From a virus (taxonomy: Duplodnaviria; Caudoviricetes), in the IMG/VR virus record IMGVR_UViG_3300017780_002852, positions 1 through 49,903 of that record: a stretch of 49,903 nt of DNA; one strand, given 5' to 3'. Below, piece after piece: positions 43,092 to 49,903 of the stretch. A model generated the notes under the pieces. The model had not been told where the DNA came from and made no database searches. It saw only the letters and a list, made by a program, of their open reading frames with translations. The position numbers and the translations under genes were made by a program. Position 1 is the first letter of the stretch; the number at the start of each line of letters is the position of its first letter.

Positions 43092-43120
43092 ATTATATAC
43101 TAGAAATCGTCCGCTGTCAA
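43092..43120 (-). promoter_or_regulatory. sigma70 promoter for SSB operon
   Basis: TTGACA-17nt-TATAAT. Confidence 0.85.
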
Positions 43121-43199
43121 GTTTCTTGTGTACCGAGCGCAGACGTTTCCCTTGATCACAACGTATGGGGCAATCTTGTCTTCGATTGCTTTGACACGT

Positions 43200-45023
43200 T
43201 CAGTGAGTGTCTGCCCACGTTCTACCGATAGAGTACGTTCCATCGAGGGGTACGCCCAGTCTAAGTTTTTCACCAGCCAGACGTATAGCTTCTCGGCCTG
43301 CTTCTCCGACAAGTTCGGCACAGTCAGGGCGACTGTCGTATTGCCACTCATCGTGGATGTCTCCAACCTTCAAGGTATCCCATTTGTTCTTTTCAATCTC
43401 CCGTGTGTGGATGATGCAGGCGAGCTTCATGACGATGGCCCCTGCTGACTGGCACTTGTAGTTAAGGGCGGCGTGTGGGCTGGGGCACCTGACGAACCCT
43501 CCGTCGATTGTTCGCAGCACTCCTGCGTTGTCGTAAAACTCCTTACGAGCTGACTCCATAAGCTCCCCCAGTCCGGGGACGGCGTCTCCAAGGACGTGTC
43601 TGATCTTTGTTCCAAGCTCTTCCTCGCCTCCTGACATGGCACCTAGCTTACGGTCTGTTGCCCCGTAGATCAGGGCGTAGAAGTCGTTCTTTACCGGCTT
43701 CCTTTCCTTGGGTAGAACTCGCTTTGTGATTTCTCTGGCGTTAAGGGTGTGGAAGTCCTTAACACCAAACTTGGCTTGCGTATCGAGGATGTAATCATAC
43801 GCAGCTTGGCGATTTTGAGGGCTCGCTTCCCCAAGATAGTGGACAAGGATACGCCCCTCTAGGCCTGCTGCATCGATACCAACCAATACCCGGCCACTAG
43901 AAGCAGTCCATAGACCACGGGACTCAGGTCCAAATCGAGCTTCAACGGACGGAATGTTAGACGTATTGGGCCCAGTATGAGTACAACGACGGCTGCCAGC
44001 GCCGCAGCTAAACACCCTGCCGTGTATCCTGCTGTCATCATGGTTGACATTCTCCAACCAGTTGTTGATCATGTTGGCCCGCCCATTGTGGACAAGCCAT
44101 TCGGCGATCATCGCCACTTCAGGAATCTTGCTCTCTTCTGCAAAAGCAAGAACGCTTTCTTCGTCTGTGGACCAGCCACCGGACTTGGTCTTCTTGGTGG
44201 GTTTGAACCCAGCCTCTAGGAGCCTTTCAAGACGCTGGACAGGCGAGCCGACGTTGAAAGGTACGCTTTCAAACACCTCGTAAGTTCCATCGTCGTGATG
44301 GGTGAGCTTAGCATACTTTTCGGAATGTTTAACGTAACTTGAATATGGTCGTCCATCCTTAGTGGTTTTGTATAGATATACACCAGCTGATTTGAGCTTG
44401 TTCGGAAAGTACCGTCTGATAGCTTCTCCAAGTTCCGCTTCCTTCTGTCTTAGCTCTCGATAAAGTTCTTGGGCTCCCGGAATGTTGAACTGAAAGCCAT
44501 TGCGTTGTTGTTGATCAATGATTGCCGCAAAGTGATGTTCAAGCCAGCAGGAGTTGTTTGAGTACCCGGTAGACGCCATACGCTTGCTAAGCGCAAGATA
44601 GGTCCGTTTGCATATTGTCGTGTCCACGGAACAGTAGTGTTCCATCTCCGGGGTGTAGTGAGAGAAGTCTCCGAAGTCGAGTTTACGTAGTCCAACACGT
44701 TTACCCCAAGCATCTAGCGAATGACCTTCCTTAAGATACGGATCAAATAGATTACCAAGCACGACAGTGTCAATACAACGACCAATGGGAATACCAGCAG
44801 CCCACAGATGATTGAGATAATAAAAGTCGTAATGAATACCGAAGTGAGCGACGTAGACGTGCTCTGGTTTCTTCCACGCCAAGAACTCGGCGGCTTTCCT
44901 GAAGGAATGTTTCTCTCCCGTGATGACGTTTTCAACACACACCACCCAGATTTGAGTGGGTGTCAGGCCGTCGGCTTCTATGTCCAAGGCCCAGTAGTCG
45001 GTGGTGGGTGATAGATATTGCAT
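43200..45023 (-). CDS. polA: Family A DNA polymerase (T7-like) with 3'-5' exonuclease
   Basis: ExoI DIEAD, ExoIII YCSVD, motif A DAAGLEGR, motif B R-K-Y-YG, motif C HDE. Confidence 0.95.
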   Translation of the reverse strand: MQYLSPTTDYWALDIEADGLTPTQIWVVCVENVITGEKHSFRKAAEFLAWKKPEHVYVAHFGIHYDFYYLNHLWAAGIPIGRCIDTVVLGNLFDPYLKEGHSLDAWGKRVGLRKLDFGDFSHYTPEMEHYCSVDTTICKRTYLALSKRMASTGYSNNSCWLEHHFAAIIDQQQRNGFQFNIPGAQELYRELRQKEAELGEAIRRYFPNKLKSAGVYLYKTTKDGRPYSSYVKHSEKYAKLTHHDDGTYEVFESVPFNVGSPVQRLERLLEAGFKPTKKTKSGGWSTDEESVLAFAEESKIPEVAMIAEWLVHNGRANMINNWLENVNHDDSRIHGRVFSCGAGSRRCTHTGPNTSNIPSVEARFGPESRGLWTASSGRVLVGIDAAGLEGRILVHYLGEASPQNRQAAYDYILDTQAKFGVKDFHTLNAREITKRVLPKERKPVKNDFYALIYGATDRKLGAMSGGEEELGTKIRHVLGDAVPGLGELMESARKEFYDNAGVLRTIDGGFVRCPSPHAALNYKCQSAGAIVMKLACIIHTREIEKNKWDTLKVGDIHDEWQYDSRPDCAELVGEAGREAIRLAGEKLRLGVPLDGTYSIGRTWADTH

Positions 45024-45025
45024 CG

Positions 45026-46690
45026 TTACTGTGCCGGGGGAGGATCAAAGTTCCAATCTTCCGCAGGAGGGGGAGCAGCCTTGCCGTGTGAGGTAGTCCC
45101 ACCCTTCTCATAGGTGTTGACCTCATCTTCAGACAGCTCAACAAGACGCCCAGAGGTCTGGTCGAAGAACAGGTGGACGTGGCCACCCATACCTGAGAAC
45201 CGGTTCTTCTGGATCGTCAGCTTGACCACGTTACGACGCCAATCGTCAGGGCTCTCGCGTTCCCGCTCAAGCTTGAAGATGTCGTTGGACAGCTGCTCGA
45301 CGCCTGCTGTGCCCCTGATCTGGCCCTGTCGGTTCTGGTGGATAACCGCCACGACACAAATCTTGAGCTTCATGCACTCAGTCTTGAGCTTGGTTACAAT
45401 CTCGTCCAGCTGTTTCCTCTCGTCACCACTCTGGTCAGAGACGATGATACTGAGGTGATCGAGAATAATGTACTTGCAGCCCAAAGCAGCCATATGTTGG
45501 AGCTTTGCCAATACAGCGTGAATGCTATTTGAACCAAAGTGATCCCAGAAAATAGCCCGATCATTGTTAAGGACTTCGTCGTAGAGGGCACGTAGTTCGC
45601 CTTTGTCCAACGCAGCCCAGACATCAGGAAGGTGGAGACGACGATTTGCGTGAATACTAATGAGACCCAGACCAGAATCACGGTTGGTTTCCTCCAGTTT
45701 CATGAAGCCCACCTTGACATCTTCAGGGGTTTCCCGAAGAAGATTGTAGGCGATCTCGTTGGTGAACGTAGTTTTGCCAACGCCTGTCTCAGCGTTGATG
45801 ACAACAAGTTCCGACAGCTTGAGGCCATAGGTCTTGGCTGTCAGCCCGGGCCACGGGTAGTTGACAAAGCTCAGGTCTGGGGGGTTCTCGATCTCGTTCC
45901 ACAGCTCTTTACCCGTCTTGAGGGCAGCAGGCATGTAGACAGGGGCAGCCCACCATTCAGCTATGTATTCCTTGGCCATACGAGCCCGAAGATAGTCGTT
46001 CGGGTCCTTATGGCGTCGCATGGTCATGATGTGGGTTTTGCCCAAGGGCAGGCGTTCTGCAAGCTTACGCGCAGCATCCTGTCCCGGTTCATCGGAGTCC
46101 ATGCAGATCACGATACGCTCAAACGAGTTGAGGTATTCGTAGTTGTCAAGGCATTCCTTCAGGGCTGTGGAGGCAGCTGTGACACCAACGACGGGCCACT
46201 TTGAGTCTTGCAACTCATAGGCCGCGCCAGCATCGCAGGCACCTTCCACAATCGTGATGCCTCTAGCCGAGCCAGCAGGGAATGCGTGCTGGCCGATCAG
46301 TTCCATCTTTTCTTGGGAGCCCTCCCACCGGAAATCTTTCTTGCCACGCAGCCGGAATTGATTGGCTACATGCTTGTCACCTCGGAACCGGGGGTAGGTA
46401 TGAATGAAGGGACCGTCTTCGTAGAAGCCAAACTTGTAGATTTTGGCGGTGTCTTGTGAGATTTGACGGTCTTCGAGAGCGCGGTATTCAGACGGCACAG
46501 GCCGGAGCCCGCGCTTCTCGGTATTAGGGGGTGGTGCTTGTATGATCTTCTCCTCTTGCGGGATGTTTTGTGTAGTCTTTGAGCACACGAAACAGTGCGT
46601 GTGCCCATCGTCAAAGATGGCTAGTCCGTCGGAGGAACCACAGTCTGAGCAGGGTCCATGACGGATGAATTTGCTTTTTCTTTCAGATAT
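45026..46690 (-). CDS. T7 gp4-like primase-helicase
   Basis: Zn ribbon CSDCGSSDG...CFVC (upstream of the track's start), Toprim EG-D and D-DEPG, Walker A TGVGKT, ILDH, RGT, KNRF. Confidence 0.92.
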   Translation of the reverse strand: MSERKSKFIRHGPCSDCGSSDGLAIFDDGHTHCFVCSKTTQNIPQEEKIIQAPPPNTEKRGLRPVPSEYRALEDRQISQDTAKIYKFGFYEDGPFIHTYPRFRGDKHVANQFRLRGKKDFRWEGSQEKMELIGQHAFPAGSARGITIVEGACDAGAAYELQDSKWPVVGVTAASTALKECLDNYEYLNSFERIVICMDSDEPGQDAARKLAERLPLGKTHIMTMRRHKDPNDYLRARMAKEYIAEWWAAPVYMPAALKTGKELWNEIENPPDLSFVNYPWPGLTAKTYGLKLSELVVINAETGVGKTTFTNEIAYNLLRETPEDVKVGFMKLEETNRDSGLGLISIHANRRLHLPDVWAALDKGELRALYDEVLNNDRAIFWDHFGSNSIHAVLAKLQHMAALGCKYIILDHLSIIVSDQSGDERKQLDEIVTKLKTECMKLKICVVAVIHQNRQGQIRGTAGVEQLSNDIFKLERERESPDDWRRNVVKLTIQKNRFSGMGGHVHLFFDQTSGRLVELSEDEVNTYEKGGTTSHGKAAPPPAEDWNFDPPPAQ

Positions 46691-46848
46691 GGTTCAAGTC
46701 CTTTCAAGGCGAAGTTGTAGATTGCGTGTTCCTCATACAACAATCTGGTTTTGATTCTGTCGGAAACATTCTTGTCGTTAAGAGCAGAAGAGGTCCGCTT
46801 CATGCGAACCTCAATACGCTCCTTAAGCTCCTTGGCTGTGAACTTCAT
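46621..46848 (-). CDS. Hypothetical protein
   Basis: ATG overlaps upstream TAA; 3' end overlaps primase start. Confidence 0.6.
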   Translation of the reverse strand: MKFTAKELKERIEVRMKRTSSALNDKNVSDRIKTRLLYEEHAIYNFALKGLEPYLKEKANSSVMDPAQTVVPPTD

Positions 46849-47261
46849 TACGAAACTTCAACCCGCTCAAATGAGGCGGTCTCAGAATAATAACCGTTGG
46901 ACTCTCCCCAGAACTGGATGGTCACAGTCCCTTTGATAGTACGAATATTGTAGAACGTCCACGTCCAACTGTCAAGGTGTTCATAATCAGGGCCGGAGGG
47001 GGGCTCATCTGAAAACGTCTCTTCAGCGGAGAGGATGGGGGTGCCAATGAGGTCTTCAAGGTCACCGTCGATTTGTTTGACATCACATGATGCACAGCAA
47101 TCACCGTGATAACCAAGCGCGAAGGACTCTGATCCGATGAAGACAACTGCGGAGGAGTTAAACCTCCCACCCCCGTTCTCGTCAACTTTTACATCCGTAA
47201 AGATTTTTCCAACAAGGTCGGAAAAGTCAGGATAGCTCCCATTAATGCTAACAATTTTCAT
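46848..47261 (-). CDS. Conserved phage hypothetical protein
   Basis: H-DCC...GDLEDLIG-PIL-AEE...TWTFY-T-KG-V-GESNGYYSE; AAGGAG RBS. Confidence 0.8.
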   Translation of the reverse strand: MKIVSINGSYPDFSDLVGKIFTDVKVDENGGGRFNSSAVVFIGSESFALGYHGDCCASCDVKQIDGDLEDLIGTPILSAEETFSDEPPSGPDYEHLDSWTWTFYNIRTIKGTVTIQFWGESNGYYSETASFERVEVS

Positions 47262-47397
47262 TAGACACTCCTTCGTCTTCAAACTCTTCCAGAGATTCGT
47301 CGATAGCTTCTAGGCACGTATGACATGGGCGAATGCTCAGGTCTGGGTCGAACTCGACCTCTGTTAGTTCAGTGTCGCAGATATAGCAGCGGGCCAT
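47248..47397 (-). CDS. 49-aa Zn-ribbon protein
   Basis: MARCYICD...PCHTC, acidic tail; AAGGA RBS; manual translation. Confidence 0.65.
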   Translation of the reverse strand: MARCYICDTELTEVEFDPDLSIRPCHTCLEAIDESLEEFEDEGVSNENC

Positions 47398-47399
47398 CT

Positions 47400-47591
47400 T
47401 TATGTATCCTTATTATCTGGCTCGGGGTAAATGGCAAAGGCACACCCGGACGTTCTTTCGCAATCATCACAGGTATGGTATTCGTCTTTGTGATCGAACC
47501 CGTGAGCTATGATTGTCCCACAGGTGTTGCACAACAAAGCGCCGACGCCGTTGTTAAAGCGAACGTCGGCCTTCTTGTATGGCTCTCTCAA
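47400..47591 (-). CDS. Small Zn-finger protein
   Basis: FNNG-GALLCNTC...CDDC. Confidence 0.7.
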   Translation of the reverse strand: MREPYKKADVRFNNGVGALLCNTCGTIIAHGFDHKDEYHTCDDCERTSGCAFAIYPEPDNKDT

Positions 47592-47770
47592 GGGCCGTAC
47601 TTCTCAAGGTGCCTTCCCGAAACCTCAAAGTCATATGCTTTTTCAGCATAGTCGAGCTTGCGTTTACGGTTGAGCGTAACATGAGCAAGTTCCTTGTAGT
47701 ACTGCTCAAGTACTTGATAAGCTTTGACGGCTTCTTCTTTACTTATACTTGTCTCGGAATGCTTGGGCAT
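47588..47770 (-). CDS. Hypothetical protein
   Basis: MPKHSETS..., AGGAG RBS. Confidence 0.55.
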   Translation of the reverse strand: MPKHSETSISKEEAVKAYQVLEQYYKELAHVTLNRKRKLDYAEKAYDFEVSGRHLEKYGP

Positions 47771-48491
47771 ACCAGTCTCCTGCCATATCGGTGAGGCCCG
47801 GAGCCGTGTTGACTTCGAGCACATAGGGCTTGTCACCCTTCTCTACCCAAGCAATATCGACACCACCAAAGTCAAGCCCCAAGGCAGCAACAGCAGCCAC
47901 AGCAGCGTCAAGGCTACGCTGCGTAGGGGGATTGGCGGGGTCACAGATGTAGCGGTAGCCGTTGGCGTGGGATCGGACAAAGTCATTGTCAACAGCAATG
48001 TCTTTGTGTTTGATCTTGCGCTTGAAGCCGATGACTTTGCCTTGGAAGACGTGGACTCGGTACTCACGCTTTTTCCTCACATATCTAGTATACACCTTTG
48101 CGGGCACGATGTCAACAGCTTTCTCTGCGACAATGATACCCTTGCCCTCGGACGCCTCAAGAAGGGTGCGGCACATGACAACGGACTTCTCAGCCCACTT
48201 ACGTGCCTCGTCAATGTCCGTGGTGAAGTCAGGGATGAGCACGTCGTGTTCGCGCAAGGCATGGTAGGCCTTGAGCTTGTTGACGGCTACAGCCACGTTC
48301 GCAGGCCTGTTGTAGATACGCACGGCAACAGGGGGAGCCCAGTTGGTGTTGCCCCAGTTAATAACGTGGTGCCCGCCCCGGATCAGGCCGGGGTCAGGCA
48401 TACGGTGGATGCCCAGCTTGCGGGCAAGGATACGTGCGCCTTCAGAGTACCGCTTGTACGGCACGACGCAAAGAACGTTCTTCAAAGCCAT
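47739..48491 (-). CDS. ATP-grasp ligase (RimK-like, phage type)
   Basis: INWG, NKL, G-GI, EYRVHV, LGLDFGGVD, VLEVNTAPG. Confidence 0.9.
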   Translation of the reverse strand: MALKNVLCVVPYKRYSEGARILARKLGIHRMPDPGLIRGGHHVINWGNTNWAPPVAVRIYNRPANVAVAVNKLKAYHALREHDVLIPDFTTDIDEARKWAEKSVVMCRTLLEASEGKGIIVAEKAVDIVPAKVYTRYVRKKREYRVHVFQGKVIGFKRKIKHKDIAVDNDFVRSHANGYRYICDPANPPTQRSLDAAVAAVAALGLDFGGVDIAWVEKGDKPYVLEVNTAPGLTDMAGDWYAQAFRDKYK

Positions 48492-49618
48492 TACAGCTCC
48501 TCCTCTCGATCATCAGGGATAGCTTCGCGGGGATCATCAAGAATGAGTATATTGGCAGGGTTTCTACCAACTACGACATTCTTGATCTTGACAGCAGGGA
48601 AGTCTTCCCAAGCATTAACGTGCTTCCACGCTACCCTGTGCCTACCATCTTCCGCGCGCTGCCCTTGCATCCTTAGCAACTCGTCTGCGGCGTTCAGCGG
48701 GCGGGGGTCCGCCGGGCCTTGGGGCTTTTTTGTCGCCGCTTGGGCTGCCTCCTTCGGGGCCTTTGCCCACGAAACGCCGAAGGCAAAGTCCTGAGCGGTC
48801 TCAAGGGGGCCACGGGAAAGGTGATACACGTCCTTGATCAAGTCCCAAGTCTTCGGGAGTTCCCTCTGGAGAAACCCGTCAAGCCCGTTGATGGAGCTTT
48901 GGTAGAGATAGTCCTCGGGGGTGTACTTGTAGTTGTTCTGAGCGAAGTCCACCATCTCCTTGAGAACCTCAACCCAAGCAAGGATACGGTCTTCGTCAGC
49001 CTCACCTTCGTGAAGACGCACTTCGACAGAGCCGAACTTCCACAGGGCATGGAAGTTGATGGCCATGTACCGCATGTTCTCTTGGTTGAACACTTGGAAG
49101 CTGCCGGTCTCGATGGCGTTGATGAACTGGAGAGCGAAGTTCGGGTTCTCCATGAGCGAGATGCAGAAGTGGTTGCCCTTACGCTTGGGGCCACGAGCCG
49201 CAAAGAAGTATTCCTCGCACAGCGCATAGAGCGTGATGAACTTGCACAAGGTGTACAAGGTCTTGTGGGAGAAATCGATGTGGGTGTGCAGAGAGCACCG
49301 GTTCGACAGGTGAGGCTTGAACCCGACAGCCTGCTTGTACTTGGCAAAAGCGGGAAGGGCCTCGGTAGCAATGTCTTTGACAGACAGGGGAGCCCGCAAG
49401 ACAAGCTCGGTCGCGTCACCACGAAGAGACGGGTCTTGGTGGGCAACCCAGCTGCCACGCGCCATCACACCCATCTGATCCGCGCCAAAGCCCTCAAGCT
49501 CAAGCTCCAGACCAAACTCCTGATCGGGGGGATACGCAGACTCACCACAGAAGCGGTTCATTTTCAAATTGAGCAGGTTAGCCTCGGGGGCATACCGCTC
49601 AAACCTAAGCTTAGCCAT
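48491..49618 (-). CDS. Putative amidoligase (COOH-NH2 ligase fold)
   Basis: FGLELELE, DPSLR-E, CSLHTHID, RYMAIN, GSVEVR. Confidence 0.88.
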   Translation of the reverse strand: MAKLRFERYAPEANLLNLKMNRFCGESAYPPDQEFGLELELEGFGADQMGVMARGSWVAHQDPSLRGDATELVLRAPLSVKDIATEALPAFAKYKQAVGFKPHLSNRCSLHTHIDFSHKTLYTLCKFITLYALCEEYFFAARGPKRKGNHFCISLMENPNFALQFINAIETGSFQVFNQENMRYMAINFHALWKFGSVEVRLHEGEADEDRILAWVEVLKEMVDFAQNNYKYTPEDYLYQSSINGLDGFLQRELPKTWDLIKDVYHLSRGPLETAQDFAFGVSWAKAPKEAAQAATKKPQGPADPRPLNAADELLRMQGQRAEDGRHRVAWKHVNAWEDFPAVKIKNVVVGRNPANILILDDPREAIPDDREEEL

Positions 49619-49623
49619 AGTGG

Positions 49624-49903
49624 CTAGAATCCTTTCAGAGTGAGAGCAACCCGTTCTTTCAGGTGCTCAAAGCTGGGGTAGAGAGAGAGTTTCTTGGTGG
49701 TAAGGTCGAACTCACCAGCGACCTCGGTCTTGTAGTACAGGGAACACAGGGACCTGCTAACGCGGACAATCGCAAAGTCCCGAGCAATCGGGGCAAAGTA
49801 CGTCTCCCCGGCTGCAATCTCCTTGATACGCTGTTCAGGGTTGAAGTCCCCGATCAGGAGAGGAAAGAGGGACCCACCTTGCCAAGCTTCAGTCAGGCCG
49901 GGA
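49624..49903 (-). CDS. 3' part of the junction-spanning 220-aa hypothetical protein (starts at 506)
   Basis: ...IARDFAI...LYYK...LKERVALTLKGF then TAG at 49626-49624. Confidence 0.8.
   Translation of the reverse strand, partial: PGLTEAWQGGSLFPLLIGDFNPEQRIKEIAAGETYFAPIARDFAIVRVSRSLCSLYYKTEVAGEFDLTTKKLSLYPSFEHLKERVALTLKGF
49781..49903. repeat. Copy of bases 1-123
   Basis: Exact identity. Confidence 0.95.

Noticed and set aside
43100-43366. 88-aa ORF overlapping the polymerase 3' end
   Set aside because: Mostly nested in polA and runs into the SSB promoter; no motif support
49781-49903. Biological direct terminal repeat
   Set aside because: It falls mid-gene and the ORF reads through, so it is best explained as a circular assembly overlap

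Overview
The window is an apparently complete ~49.8 kb lytic podophage genome, circularly permuted: bases 1-123 recur exactly at 49781-49903 and one gene reads through the junction. The layout resembles LUZ24/PaP3/phiEco32/Zobellviridae-type phages, which is an inference from gene content. Two arms diverge from a non-coding control region at ~8.5-9.7 kb, the probable physical end, and converge on a bidirectional terminator at ~37.27 kb. The minus arm carries small early genes, a spanin-like pair, a peptide-ligase cluster (GGCT, two glutamine amidotransferases, COOH-NH2 ligase, amidoligase, ATP-grasp), T7-like primase-helicase, family A DNA polymerase, SSB, nucleases, tRNA-Thr and a class II RNR. 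The plus arm carries a tailspike, terminases, portal, scaffold, capsid, tail and ejection proteins. I recognise no RNA polymerase, integrase or endolysin. The most notable signals are: (1) four co-oriented sigma54 (-24/-12) consensus sites near the presumed genome end, three in a 24-bp repeat array; (2) a strand-polarised 9-mer GTGATAGAT in 11 copies whose density decays away from that end; (3) an ADP-ribosyltransferase-like domain inside the 2074-aa ejection protein, with a tandem-HTH protein two genes downstream; (4) an ATA start codon for the primase-helicase. All product calls come from motif recognition by eye; no searches were run.
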